This document shows, piece after piece, positions 15,686 through 25,238 of a DNA stretch of 32,000 nt (position 1 is the stretch's first letter; every line of letters starts with the position of its first letter). The translations under genes were made by a program, and so were the position numbers. Under the pieces are notes generated by a model. The model was given only the letters and a program-made list of their open reading frames with translations. It was not told the origin of the DNA and made no database searches. Source of the DNA: Candidatus Saganbacteria bacterium (GTDB taxonomy: Bacteria; Margulisbacteria; WOR-1; JAKLHX01); contig JAPLKZ010000004.1 in assembly GCA_026387835.1 (NCBI GenBank), positions 92,983 to 124,982 of the forward strand. The letters are read 5' to 3'.

Positions 15686-16615
15686 TTATACAGCAAAACA
15701 CCGGCATTTTTTATTCAGAAGCTCCCACTTCTCGTCAAGCTCTTTTTGTATCCGGTCAAGCAGTTCCTTGTTCCCCGGCTTGAACAGGTGCCTGAACCTT
15801 GACTGGGGTTTCATAAAATCTACGAGCTGCTTCTTTTCTTTAGGCGTGTAATTCAGTTTATATTTGCCGTTCTCCACCTCATATAACGGCCAGAAGCAGG
15901 TGTCAACGGCCAGTTTTCCCATCTCGACGGTCTTGTCCATCGGATATCCCCAGCCCAGCTGGCAGGGCTGAAGTACGTTCAGGAACTTCGGCCCCCTGAT
16001 GGACATCGCTTTTTCCACCTTTTTCGTAAGGTCCATCCAGTTACCACAAACGCTTTGGGCGGCATACGGGATATTGTGTGCGACCATTATTTCGGTCAGG
16101 TCTTTGCGCCACATCCTTTTTCCCTGCTGTACCTTCCCGGCAGGTTCTGTCGTCGTGTTCGCACCTATCGGGGTCGCGCCGGAGCGCTGGATCGAGGTGT
16201 TCATGTATGCCTGATTGTCATAACACACGTAAAGGATATCATGGCCTCTTTCCATAGCCCCTGAAAGCGCTTGAAAACCTATATCGTACGTGCCTCCGTC
16301 GCCTCCGAAAGCTATAAACCTTATCTCATCACTGAGTTTGCCCTGTCTTTTCAATGACTTGTATGCCGCCTCGATACCCGATATTGATGCTCCGGCATTC
16401 TCAAACGCGCTGTGTAAGAACGGGGTCTTCCAGGCTGAATATGGAAATATTGTGGTCGAGACCTCAAGACATCCCGTCGCGCACGTTACCACTACCGGCT
16501 CTTTTACCGCCATAAGGACCTGCCGCACTATTATCGGGGCCCCGCAGCCGGGACACATCCTGTGTCCTCCGGTAAGGCGGTCTTCTCTTGATGCAAGCTC
16601 CTTTAATGTTGCCAT
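15686..16615 (-). CDS. porB: 2-oxoacid (probably pyruvate):ferredoxin oxidoreductase, beta subunit
   Basis: 309 aa. TPP-binding motif GGDGGTYDIGFQALSGAMERGHDILYVCYDNQAYMNT and N-terminal CPGCG. Confidence 0.88.
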   Translation of the reverse strand: MATLKELASREDRLTGGHRMCPGCGAPIIVRQVLMAVKEPVVVTCATGCLEVSTTIFPYSAWKTPFLHSAFENAGASISGIEAAYKSLKRQGKLSDEIRFIAFGGDGGTYDIGFQALSGAMERGHDILYVCYDNQAYMNTSIQRSGATPIGANTTTEPAGKVQQGKRMWRKDLTEIMVAHNIPYAAQSVCGNWMDLTKKVEKAMSIRGPKFLNVLQPCQLGWGYPMDKTVEMGKLAVDTCFWPLYEVENGKYKLNYTPKEKKQLVDFMKPQSRFRHLFKPGNKELLDRIQKELDEKWELLNKKCRCFAV

Positions 16616-17839
16616 TTATCTTACTCCTTTGTAACTTACGACTTGTTTGACCGGCTCGCCCTGCGCGGCTTTGTTGGTTTCCTCGATTATCTTGATCTTG
16701 CCGACGGATGAGATCGCCTTCAGGTCTTCGACGATCTCATTCAGATGGGACTGTGTTACTTCTCTCCCGCCGAGACCGCATATATAATCGGCTACAAGAG
16801 GCCTTTTTGACCTTTCATAAAGCGCGCATTTTATCTCCTCAAAAAGAGGCCCGCCTTTTGCCGCGTAGCCGTCACACCTGTCTATCACTGCTATAGCTTT
16901 GATGTTTTCAAGAGCGTCCGCTATCTCTTTTTCCGGGAACGGCCTGAATACTCTCAGTTTTAACAGGCCGATCTTGACCCCTTTTGCCCTGTATTCATTT
17001 ACGACTTCTTTCATCGAGCCTGCTACGGACCCCATGCATACTACAGCGATATCAGCGTCATCGAGCATATATTTTTCATAATATCCGTACTCTCTGCCGA
17101 ATTTTTTTCCGAAATCTTTCCCGACCTCAAGGATGATCTTGCCTGCATTCCTCATAGCTTCGGCTGCCTGCATCTTGTGCTCAAAATAATAATTCTGAAG
17201 GTCCAAAGCACCTATGGTGACGGGGTTCTTTAGATCCAGAAGGTTTGTGTAAGCGGGGAATTTCCCGACATAGTCTTTTACAACATTATCATCAAGCATC
17301 TCGATCTTCTCCAGGCAATGGCTGATTATGAACCCGTCCGTCGTCACCATCACGGGAAGTCTCACATCAGTGTGTTCCGCTATCTTGACGGCCTGGAGCA
17401 GATTGTCATACGCTTCCTGGCTGTTCTCGGAGAATATCTGTATCCATCCGAAATCCCTTGCCGCCATCGTGTCGCTGTGGTCGTTGTGGATGTTGATCGG
17501 GCCGCTCAAAGCCCTGTTCACCTCGGGCATCACTATCGGGAGCCTGAGCGCGGAAGCGATCGGCAGCATCTCGTACATAAGGGCGAGTCCCTGGGATGAT
17601 GTCCCCGTCATGGCCCTCGCGCCGGCCGCGGATGCCGCTATAGTCGCGCTCATCGCGGAATGCTCGCTCTCCACCGCGACATACTCCGTGTTCACGAGCC
17701 CGTCAGCCACGAACTGGGAAAAGATCATGACGATCTCTGTCGCCGGTGTTATCGGATAAGCCGCGACCACATCGGGATTTATCTGGCGCATGGCCTCCGC
17801 CATCGCCTCGTTGCCTGTCTTTGCCGCGATTTGAACCAT
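16616..17839 (-). CDS. porA: 2-oxoacid:ferredoxin oxidoreductase, alpha subunit
   Basis: 407 aa. GNEAMAEAMRQINPDVVAAYPITPATEI is a typical PorA N-terminus. Contiguous with porD and porB. Confidence 0.88.
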   Translation of the reverse strand: MVQIAAKTGNEAMAEAMRQINPDVVAAYPITPATEIVMIFSQFVADGLVNTEYVAVESEHSAMSATIAASAAGARAMTGTSSQGLALMYEMLPIASALRLPIVMPEVNRALSGPINIHNDHSDTMAARDFGWIQIFSENSQEAYDNLLQAVKIAEHTDVRLPVMVTTDGFIISHCLEKIEMLDDNVVKDYVGKFPAYTNLLDLKNPVTIGALDLQNYYFEHKMQAAEAMRNAGKIILEVGKDFGKKFGREYGYYEKYMLDDADIAVVCMGSVAGSMKEVVNEYRAKGVKIGLLKLRVFRPFPEKEIADALENIKAIAVIDRCDGYAAKGGPLFEEIKCALYERSKRPLVADYICGLGGREVTQSHLNEIVEDLKAISSVGKIKIIEETNKAAQGEPVKQVVSYKGVR

Positions 17840-17840
17840 T

Positions 17841-18131
17841 TTACTTTTCCTCCTTGACCAGTTGGACGGCTTTTACCGGCTTCACGGGGCAGACGTCAAC
17901 GCAGATCCCGCAGCCTTTGCAGTAACGGTAATCTATCCCGTCAAATTTGCCGTCTTTCACTTTTACCGCGCTGTCCGGGCAATAAATATAACAGAACAGG
18001 CAGTTGATGCAGAGCTTGTCGTCTTTTACCGGCCTGGACGTCCTCCAGTCTCCGGTCTCAAATTCCGCCGCGGTCCCCGCCTTTAACTCGTCGCCCAGCG
18101 GGAGTTCCTTCCATCCCAGTTCTTTCGCCAT
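17841..18131 (-). CDS. porD: 2-oxoacid:ferredoxin oxidoreductase, delta subunit (2x[4Fe-4S] ferredoxin)
   Basis: Two CxxCxxCxxxCP clusters (CINCLFCYIYCP and CKGCGICVDVCP). I chose the start at ATG 18131, which has a GGGAG Shine-Dalgarno inside the porG end. The ORF-track start at 18155 would overlap porG by 23 nt. Confidence 0.85.
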   Translation of the reverse strand: MAKELGWKELPLGDELKAGTAAEFETGDWRTSRPVKDDKLCINCLFCYIYCPDSAVKVKDGKFDGIDYRYCKGCGICVDVCPVKPVKAVQLVKEEK

Positions 18132-18132
18132 C

Positions 18133-18711
18133 TTATTCTCCCTTCGCTTCTTCAAAAGCCCGTTTCACGGCGTTCAGGTTGCCTTCGATCACTTCGGGTT
18201 TTGAGGCGAATTTCTTCGCCAGTTTTTTCTTAAGGTCTTCGATCAGAAGATCTATGTCAAGGATATTTGAAGCCTTGATCAATGCCCCCAGCATCGGCGT
18301 GTTGGGTATATCTCTGCCGATTGTTTCCTTCGAGATCTTTGAAGCATCCACCGTAAATATCTTTCTTCCTTTAAGATTTATCTTGGAGCGGACAGATACG
18401 GCCGTATCGCCTGTGTTCACTATAAGTATGCCGTCATCTTTCAACCCTTTTGTCACATCGACCTTTCCCATAAGGGTAGGGTCAAGGACAAGCACGATGC
18501 CTGGCTCGGTTATCCCGTAATGCACGGTGATCGGGTCCCCGCTTATCCTGTTGAAAGAAGCGACCGGGGCTCCCATCCTTTCCGGGCCGTATTCGGGAAA
18601 TGCCTGGATGTGCTTTCCAAGGCTCATGGCAGCGTCTCCCAGAAGAAGAGCCGCCGTCTTAGCTCCCTGGCCTCCCCTTCCGTGCCAGCGTATCTCGGTC
18701 ATGTTTTTCAT
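18133..18711 (-). CDS. porG: 2-oxoacid:ferredoxin oxidoreductase, gamma subunit
   Basis: MKNMTEIRWHGRGGQGAKTAA is a typical PorG N-terminus. I chose the start at ATG 18711, 1 nt after the upstream gene's stop. The ORF-track start at 18759 would overlap that gene by 47 nt. Confidence 0.85.
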   Translation of the reverse strand: MKNMTEIRWHGRGGQGAKTAALLLGDAAMSLGKHIQAFPEYGPERMGAPVASFNRISGDPITVHYGITEPGIVLVLDPTLMGKVDVTKGLKDDGILIVNTGDTAVSVRSKINLKGRKIFTVDASKISKETIGRDIPNTPMLGALIKASNILDIDLLIEDLKKKLAKKFASKPEVIEGNLNAVKRAFEEAKGE

Positions 18712-18712
18712 T

Positions 18713-19408
18713 TTATGATATCCACCTTTCCAGTTGCGATAATACTTTATGAAGTCCAAACATTTGTAATAATATCATTATTGCGACCACGATTAAAGTG
18801 GCCGACAAGGCTTTCGTGCGCGTGACTTTGTATACTTTCTTTACAGCGGTACTCCACAGTCCCCACAGGTAAAAGATGATCACGAACAGGATTATTTTCG
18901 TCCCGGCCGTAAAATTCGCAAAAGATAATGCCTTGAATTTTGTCGCGCACGCCAGGACCGGCAGCAATATCAGCAAAAGCGCTGGGGCTGACGAATAATA
19001 CGCCGACCTCACCATCTCCTTGAGCTCGCCTTTTCCGCCGGCCTTCACTGCTATATAATGTATTGCGCAAGCAGCCAGATAGAATGATGCCATCATCGAT
19101 ATGACCACAACCGACAGGACTATCAAAAACACCATTATAAAGAAGATCAGGACAAGAAGTAAGAAAACCGGGGCCACAATTAAAAGTTTTATGCCATAGA
19201 TACCCTGTATAAGGGCTATCATCATCTGGGAAATGGAGGTGATATAGACCGCTACAGTTATGAACAACGAAAGCAGCCACGCGGTGATCAAAAGGAAAGA
19301 GAACGGCTTGTCGTTCAGTTCCCCCTTTTCCATGAACGTATAAAAATATATGGGCCTTGCGACGATCTTCCACCAGTCCCTGAAGTACCATCCGATCATT
19401 TTTTTCAT
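18713..19408 (-). CDS. polytopic integral membrane protein, hypothetical (possibly Yip1-like)
   Basis: 231 aa with about 5 hydrophobic helices. Overlaps the recR end by 4 nt. The family assignment is only a guess from topology. Confidence 0.55.
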   Translation of the reverse strand: MKKMIGWYFRDWWKIVARPIYFYTFMEKGELNDKPFSFLLITAWLLSLFITVAVYITSISQMMIALIQGIYGIKLLIVAPVFLLLVLIFFIMVFLIVLSVVVISMMASFYLAACAIHYIAVKAGGKGELKEMVRSAYYSSAPALLLILLPVLACATKFKALSFANFTAGTKIILFVIIFYLWGLWSTAVKKVYKVTRTKALSATLIVVAIMILLQMFGLHKVLSQLERWIS

Positions 19409-20007
19409 GAAAGTTCTCTCCTTCCTTCTATAGCTTTGAGCAGCGTCGCTTCGTCCGCGAAGTCCATGTCGGAACCTATAGGCAGCCCGGATGCGATCCT
19501 TGTCAGCCTGATACCCAGCGGCTTGATGATCTTTGTAAGATAAAATATCGTGGTCTCGCTCTCCGTTGTCGGGTTAAGCGCGACTAGGACTTCTTTCACC
19601 CCGTTCTTAAGCCTGCCAAGCAGCTCTTTTATCCTCAGATTGTCGGGGCCGACGCCGTCAAGCGGCGAGATCAAGCCTCCGAGCACGTGGAAACTTCCTT
19701 TGAATTCCCTTGTCCTTTCTATGGCTATCAGGTCTTTGGGTTCCGCGACCACGCACAGAAGGGACTTGTCCCTGCTGTTATCCCTGCATATGTCACAGGG
19801 ATCTTTTACCGTGAGATTGAAGCAGACTGAACAGTAGCGAATATTTTTCTTGACCTCGGTCAGGGCTTTCGCGAGTTTTCCGACTTCCGCGTCTGTTATA
19901 CCGAGGATATGGAATACCAGCCTTTGAGCCGACTTGGGCCCGATGCCGGGCAGCTTCTTAAATTCCTCTATGAGATCGTTGACGGGTTCCGGGTAGTGAG
20001 AAGGCAT
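19405..20007 (-). CDS. recR: recombination protein RecR
   Basis: 200 aa. HhH motif LPGIGPKSAQRL, Cys4 zinc finger CSVCFNLT...CDIC and a Toprim domain. Confidence 0.95.
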   Translation of the reverse strand: MPSHYPEPVNDLIEEFKKLPGIGPKSAQRLVFHILGITDAEVGKLAKALTEVKKNIRYCSVCFNLTVKDPCDICRDNSRDKSLLCVVAEPKDLIAIERTREFKGSFHVLGGLISPLDGVGPDNLRIKELLGRLKNGVKEVLVALNPTTESETTIFYLTKIIKPLGIRLTRIASGLPIGSDMDFADEATLLKAIEGRRELS

Positions 20008-20008
20008 G

Positions 20009-20335
20009 TTATATGCCCAGCATACTTGAAAGCCCGGGGATATTCATGCCCCCGGTCATCGAGCTCATTTTTGATGACGATAATTTTTTTGCCTTCTCGA
20101 GCGCTTCGTTGACCGCTGTTTTTATCATCTCGGACAATCTCTGCGCGTCACCTGTCGGAGCCAGCGCGGGGTCGATCTTGATCTCTTTTATTTCCATATT
20201 GCCGTTCATCGTTACGATCACCGCGCCCCTGCCTGAGCCTGCGGTCACCGTCTCCGCCGACAGTTCCTCCGAAGCTTTTTTCATGCCGTCCTGCATCTGT
20301 TTTGCCTGTTTCATCATTTCGTTTATATCGAACAT
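20009..20335 (-). CDS. ybaB: YbaB/EbfC nucleoid-associated protein
   Basis: 108 aa. MMKQAKQMQDGMKKASEEL...GSGRGAVIVTMNGNMEIKEIKIDP. Lies in the conserved dnaX-ybaB-recR context. Confidence 0.9.
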   Translation of the reverse strand: MFDINEMMKQAKQMQDGMKKASEELSAETVTAGSGRGAVIVTMNGNMEIKEIKIDPALAPTGDAQRLSEMIKTAVNEALEKAKKLSSSKMSSMTGGMNIPGLSSMLGI

Positions 20336-20351
20336 CCGCCTGCTCCTTGCT

Positions 20352-21857
20352 CTAAACTGTTTTTCCGTCGAACATCTCTATAATATCATCTGCGGAGACC
20401 GGCGCAACAGGTCTTTCCGAAGTTTTTTTATCCTCTTCTCCCATCACGCATATCACGGAGATCTTTTTTCCCGTTATTTCTCCTATTGCCTCCTCGACAT
20501 TTGTTTTATTGGCTTGCTCCTCGATCCTCGCCTTGTGGAAGGAATACCCTTTTTTGAACTTCAGGACCACCCTTCCTTTTCCGTCAAGCGACGAGACTTC
20601 CGCCTCGCACAGCGAGACGTATCCGAAAACGTTCCTGGCCTTTACTTTTTCCAGGATCTCCTTCCATTTCCCCCTGATGCTTGATAAGGCTTCGTCCTTT
20701 GACATTACCGCCGCTTCGCCTTCCGGAACATTTTTTTCCGGCGCTATTTTGACAGCTTCCTTTATCTGATCCCGGCCCGCTCCTTCCATCGCCTCAAGCA
20801 AGGCTATTTCAAGTACAAGCCTTGAATTCCTGTGCCATTTCATGTCCGTCTCCGCGCCGGAGATGGCTTTTATTATCATTTTTATTTTTGAAAGAGGATG
20901 GTTTTCGCAGCTTTTCTTCAGCCGGTTTATCTGTTCCTCCGACAGTTCAAGGACACTTTCGCTCCCCACCTTTACCATAAGCAGGTTCCTGAAATGGTAC
21001 ACGAGGTCTTTCGCGAGCTGCTCCACGCTCACTCCCTGATCGACGGCTTTCTGCACGGAAATCAGGATGTCCTTCTCGTTCCCGTTCAGGACAGCTTCCC
21101 CCATTCCGAAAAGGAACTCGGGTTCGGCCGTCCCGAGGACTTCGACGACATCTTCGACTTTGATCTCGCCCTCGCAGAACGAAGAGAGCTGGTCTATCAG
21201 CGATATGGCATCCCTCATCGCGCCTTCCGAGGACCTCGCGATAAGACGCACCGCATCATCGCTGATCTTTTGCCCCTCATCTTTCGCGATCTTTTTCAGA
21301 TGCTTAATTATCTCATCAAGGGATATCCTGCCGAAATCAAACCTCTGGCAGCGAGAAGAGATCGTCACCGGCACTCTCTGCGGCTCGGTCGTCGCCAGGA
21401 TGAATACCGTGTCCGGCGGCGGCTCTTCCAGGGTCTTTAACAGCGCGTTGAACGCCTCCGGCGTGAGCATATGCACCTCATCGATTATATAGATCTTGTA
21501 TCTGCCTTCCACGGGTTTGAACCTGATCTTTTCTCTGAGGTCTCTTATCTCGTCTATCCCGCGGTTGGATGCCGCATCTATCTCGATCACGTTAAGGGCG
21601 TAGCCGGAGGTGATCTTCCTGCACTGGTCGCATTTCCCGCACGGTTTTACAGTTGCCGCGTCCCCGCAATTGAGAGCCTTGGCAAATATCCTCGCGGTCG
21701 ATGTCTTACCGGTGCCGCGCGGTCCTGTAAAAAGATACGCGTGGCCTATCCTTTTGCCGCTTATCGCGTTCTTCAGCGTTGTAATTATCGGCTCCTGGCC
21801 GATTATCTCTTCAAATGTCTGCGACCGGTATTTTCTGTACAACGAGATATGGTTCAT
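20352..21857 (-). CDS. dnaX: DNA polymerase III subunit gamma/tau
   Basis: 501 aa. YRSQTFEEIIGQ, Walker A GPRGTGKTS, zinc module CGKCDQC, IIDEVHMLT and the SRC motif (ISSRCQRF). Confidence 0.93.
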   Translation of the reverse strand: MNHISLYRKYRSQTFEEIIGQEPIITTLKNAISGKRIGHAYLFTGPRGTGKTSTARIFAKALNCGDAATVKPCGKCDQCRKITSGYALNVIEIDAASNRGIDEIRDLREKIRFKPVEGRYKIYIIDEVHMLTPEAFNALLKTLEEPPPDTVFILATTEPQRVPVTISSRCQRFDFGRISLDEIIKHLKKIAKDEGQKISDDAVRLIARSSEGAMRDAISLIDQLSSFCEGEIKVEDVVEVLGTAEPEFLFGMGEAVLNGNEKDILISVQKAVDQGVSVEQLAKDLVYHFRNLLMVKVGSESVLELSEEQINRLKKSCENHPLSKIKMIIKAISGAETDMKWHRNSRLVLEIALLEAMEGAGRDQIKEAVKIAPEKNVPEGEAAVMSKDEALSSIRGKWKEILEKVKARNVFGYVSLCEAEVSSLDGKGRVVLKFKKGYSFHKARIEEQANKTNVEEAIGEITGKKISVICVMGEEDKKTSERPVAPVSADDIIEMFDGKTV

Positions 21858-21861
21858 GTTC

Positions 21862-22986
21862 TCACCTAATATAGACTCTCGGGACCCTTTTTCCTATCCC
21901 GCAGATCACTTCGTAGTTTATTGTACCGTCAAGACGCGCTATCTCATCAGCCGTGATGGTTTGTTTACCCTGGCTTCCGATGATCACCGCATCGTCGCCC
22001 ATTTCGATCTTATCATTATCCGCGTCGATCAGCGTCATGTCCATCGTAACATTGCCGACAATAGGCCGCTTTTTCCCCCTGATTATTACCGATCCCTTGC
22101 CCGACAGCCCCCTTGAAAGCCCGTCCGCGTATCCGACCGGAAGAGTCGCTATCTTAGTCCTTTTTGTGGTCCTGTAAGCTGCGCCGTAGCTCAAGGGCGT
22201 CCCTTTTTCGACCTCTTTTAAATATAACACTTTTGTTTTGAACGAAAGCACCGGTTGAAGCCAGGGCCGTTTGAGTCGTTTTGACGAAGGAAACAATCCG
22301 TACATGCATATCCCGATCCTGACCATGTCCAGATGGGTCTCGGGAAAGAATAATGCGGCCGCGCTGTTCGCCGCGTGCTTGATCGGAGGATCGATCCCTT
22401 CTTTTTTGAGAAGCCCGACGGTCTTCATGAAAGATCCGAACTGTTTGGCCGTGAACGGGCTGCCCGGGTCGTCCGCTTTTGAAAAATGAGTGAATATTCC
22501 TTCGATGAAGATGTTAGGGAGGCTTGATATCCTCACCGCTGTCGCGACCGCGTCATTCAGGAGCATCCCTACCCTTCCCATCCCCGTATCCAATTTGATA
22601 TGTATCTTTGCCGTTTTCTTCTTCTGCCCGGCGATATCCGACAGCGCCTGGGCCTGGTGAAAAGTGTAGACGGTCTGCGTGAGGCCCGCGTCCAGCAGCC
22701 TTTCAAGATACGCGGCGGGCGTCTCGCTCAGGATCAATATCGGCGTTTTAATATAAGCCGACCTCAGTTCAAGAGCCTCTCCCAGTGTAGCCACGCCGAG
22801 GTAATCAACGCGGGCTTTTTCCGCCGCTTTTGACACTTCCACCGCGCCGTGGCCGTAAGCGTTGGCTTTTACGATCGCCATGAACTTTGTCGAAGGCGAT
22901 AAAATACCGCGCATCTCATCGATGTTGCGATGAAGTTTTTTCAGGTCTATTTCCGCGCAGGTAGGTCTGAACGGTTCCATCATCAT
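21862..22986 (-). CDS. alr: alanine racemase
   Basis: 374 aa. PLP-lysine motif AIVKANAYGHG and C-terminal YEVICGIGKRVPRVY. Confidence 0.93.
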   Translation of the reverse strand: MMMEPFRPTCAEIDLKKLHRNIDEMRGILSPSTKFMAIVKANAYGHGAVEVSKAAEKARVDYLGVATLGEALELRSAYIKTPILILSETPAAYLERLLDAGLTQTVYTFHQAQALSDIAGQKKKTAKIHIKLDTGMGRVGMLLNDAVATAVRISSLPNIFIEGIFTHFSKADDPGSPFTAKQFGSFMKTVGLLKKEGIDPPIKHAANSAAALFFPETHLDMVRIGICMYGLFPSSKRLKRPWLQPVLSFKTKVLYLKEVEKGTPLSYGAAYRTTKRTKIATLPVGYADGLSRGLSGKGSVIIRGKKRPIVGNVTMDMTLIDADNDKIEMGDDAVIIGSQGKQTITADEIARLDGTINYEVICGIGKRVPRVYIR

Positions 22987-24875
22987 CCTTTCGGCAGAGA
23001 AAATATGAACTTTGAACCGGTGCCGGGCCCGTCGCTTTCAGCCCAGATACGGCCTCCGTGAGCTTCGACCGTCTCCCGGCATATAGAGAGCCCCAGCCCG
23101 ACCCCTGTCCTGAACTTAATGGTATCATCCTCGACCTGGTAGAACTTGGCAAAGATCTTTCCCAGCTGTTCCTGCCTCAAACCGATGCCGTTGTCCGCCA
23201 CGCTGACGATGACGTCTTTTTCACCGTCCCTGACGGAGACCGTCACGTGCCCGCCTTTATCCGTGTATTTCAACGCGTTGTTCATAAGATTTGTCAGCAC
23301 TCTCGCGATCCTGTTCTTGTCCGCGTGGAACGCGGGAATATCCGGCGGTATATCCGTGCTTACGGTGATCTCTTTTGCGCTTGAAAAAGATTTGGACTCG
23401 AACAGCACGTTATCCACGACCTCTTTTATATCGAAAGGGCTTATCTCAAGCTTCAACTGTCTCGCTTCCATCTTGGCGCTGTCTAAAAGCTCGTCTATCA
23501 GGACCATCAGCTTTTCCGTGTTCGAACTTGCTATGCCGAGGAATTTCTGCTGCTGTGGAGTGGTTTCTCCGGTGATGTTTTTCATTATCAGCGTCAGCGA
23601 TTCCTTGATGTTTGCCAGCGGGGTCCTTATCTCGTGAGACATCTTGGACAGGAACGCGGACTTGGTCTCTTCCAGTTTTTTCAGCTTTACCGATGTTTCC
23701 CTTTCTTTGCCGAACATCCTGGCGTTGTTTATGGCTACAGCGGCCTGCTCCGCAAAGGTTATCAGAAGGTGCAGGTCCTCTTCTGTTATCTTTTTTTTCG
23801 AGATCAGATTGTCGACCGCTATCATGCCGATTATTCTTCCCTGGACCTTAAGCGGCACTACCGCGTTCTGCCCGACACCCGGGACCATATATTTTTTCTG
23901 ACTTTCCGGAAGGGTCGAGTCGGCGTCTTCCGTGAAAAAAAATCCTATCTTTCCGTGATATATCTTCGCGAAATTATTGTCCTCTTCATCGAAACCGAAT
24001 ATCTGGCTGTCGATATTTTCGGGTTTTCCCCATCTGTCCACTCCGATCCTGCCCTTTATCATCTTGGTTTCCTCGTCAACCTCGAATATCCCGACCCTGT
24101 CAAAACCAAGCCCTTCCTGCACGCCTTTTATGACCGAAGAAAGTATGTTCTCGAGGTCCATGTCCTGCGTCACCGCGTTGCTTATCTTGTACAGTATCTC
24201 CAGCTGCTGGTAGCGTTTTTTCAGGTCACCCGTCTCGTGGTCTATTTTCCGCTCAAGTTCTTCGTTGAACCTGTTGACCCTCTCATACAGGCTGGAATTT
24301 TCAAAAGCCACGTTCTCTGCCCGTTTCCTGAGGCGCCTTTCCGTGTCCGCGATGAAACTGGCGGCAAATATCGAGACCGACATCAAAAACGCCCTGTTGA
24401 GGAATATAAAGATAAAATTATTAGCCGCGGCATCCTGGACAGCCGCCGCAAAATACAGCAACACTATGAAGGCCATCAGGACAATTTCGCTCTTGAAATT
24501 TATTATCATCGACGAGTGGATTATCAGTATGAAATAAAGCGGCCAGAGCTCTGAATTTATCCCGCCCGTGAGGTAGACCGCTGCCGTAACGGCCAAAGAA
24601 TCGACCGCGAAAGAGACGGCGCTGAGCACCGGCTTATACCTCAGGGTCACGGCGACCGAGATACAGAGGTTGTAGACGGCCGTCAACGCGAAGAAGACAG
24701 CGGCAGTCGGGAGGGGGATCTCCGACTTGTGAGGCAGGAACAGCCAGACAAAGAGCCAGAACAATATGACCCACCTGACCTTCCATGTGAACATCTCCCT
24801 GCCCCACAGCTGTTCCATCGTGGTCTCTTCGGCCAGGTATTTCGCGCTTTCGCTGGCTGAGTCTTTTTTTTGCAT
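22983..24875 (-). CDS. membrane-bound sensor histidine kinase with GAF domain
   Basis: 630 aa. N-terminal block of about 5-6 TM helices, then a coiled coil. GAF-like region (LENILSSVIKGVQEGLGFDRVGIFEV...), HisKA SHEIRTPL and HATPase motifs (NLMNNALKYT, DNGIGL, GVGLGLSI). No response regulator adjacent. Confidence 0.85.
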   Translation of the reverse strand: MQKKDSASESAKYLAEETTMEQLWGREMFTWKVRWVILFWLFVWLFLPHKSEIPLPTAAVFFALTAVYNLCISVAVTLRYKPVLSAVSFAVDSLAVTAAVYLTGGINSELWPLYFILIIHSSMIINFKSEIVLMAFIVLLYFAAAVQDAAANNFIFIFLNRAFLMSVSIFAASFIADTERRLRKRAENVAFENSSLYERVNRFNEELERKIDHETGDLKKRYQQLEILYKISNAVTQDMDLENILSSVIKGVQEGLGFDRVGIFEVDEETKMIKGRIGVDRWGKPENIDSQIFGFDEEDNNFAKIYHGKIGFFFTEDADSTLPESQKKYMVPGVGQNAVVPLKVQGRIIGMIAVDNLISKKKITEEDLHLLITFAEQAAVAINNARMFGKERETSVKLKKLEETKSAFLSKMSHEIRTPLANIKESLTLIMKNITGETTPQQQKFLGIASSNTEKLMVLIDELLDSAKMEARQLKLEISPFDIKEVVDNVLFESKSFSSAKEITVSTDIPPDIPAFHADKNRIARVLTNLMNNALKYTDKGGHVTVSVRDGEKDVIVSVADNGIGLRQEQLGKIFAKFYQVEDDTIKFRTGVGLGLSICRETVEAHGGRIWAESDGPGTGSKFIFSLPKG

Positions 24876-24879
24876 GTAA

Positions 24880-25164
24880 TTAATTCGCGCTCAGGTTGAT
24901 CCTCATGTCCGGAGCGTCCTGTTCTTCCTTTATCGCGCCGAACTTTTTTTCGAACATCTCGATGTTCTGCGACAGTGCCTTGAGAAGTCTTTTTGCGTGG
25001 GAAGGCGACATTATCACCCTCGCGTTGACCCGCCCTACCGGCGGCTGCGCGAAAATAAAATCGGCTATGAACTCGTTCTCGTTATGCGATATCAGAGCGA
25101 CATTGGAATAAGCCCCCCCCGCGGTCTTTTCGTCTAAAGTTATTTTGATCTCCTGTTGCTGCAT
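24880..25164 (-). CDS. DUF3467-like small protein
   Basis: 94 aa. GGAYSNVALISHNENEFIADFIF...RVIMSPSHAKRLLKALSQNIEMFEKKFG resembles the DUF3467 pattern, recalled from memory. Strong GGAGGTG Shine-Dalgarno 7 nt upstream. Confidence 0.55.
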   Translation of the reverse strand: MQQQEIKITLDEKTAGGAYSNVALISHNENEFIADFIFAQPPVGRVNARVIMSPSHAKRLLKALSQNIEMFEKKFGAIKEEQDAPDMRINLSAN

Positions 25165-25184
25165 TATTATTTCACCTCCAAATA

Positions 25185-25213
25185 ATTATATTGCTTTTTG
25201 TATATTAAAACAA
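25185..25213 (-). promoter_or_regulatory. candidate promoter for the long minus-strand array
   Basis: Minus strand reads TTGTTT (25213..25208), a 17-nt spacer, then TATAAT (25190..25185). The GGAGGTG Shine-Dalgarno and the ATG at 25164 follow. Confidence 0.4.
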
Positions 25214-25229
25214 GGACGCCTGGAATTGA

Positions 25230-25238
25230 TGATATAAT
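25230..25238 (+). promoter_or_regulatory. extended -10 (TGATATAAT) for the I42 inhibitor gene
   Basis: TGATATAAT sits 18 nt upstream of ATG 25257. It would exclude the ORF-track GTG start at 25242 from the transcript. Confidence 0.4.

Noticed and set aside
18747-19391. A 214-aa same-strand alternative-frame ORF inside the 18713..19408 membrane-protein gene.
   Set aside because: The annotated frame gives coherent TM helices and is translationally coupled to recR and porG. The alternative frame is Arg/Gly-rich with no features.
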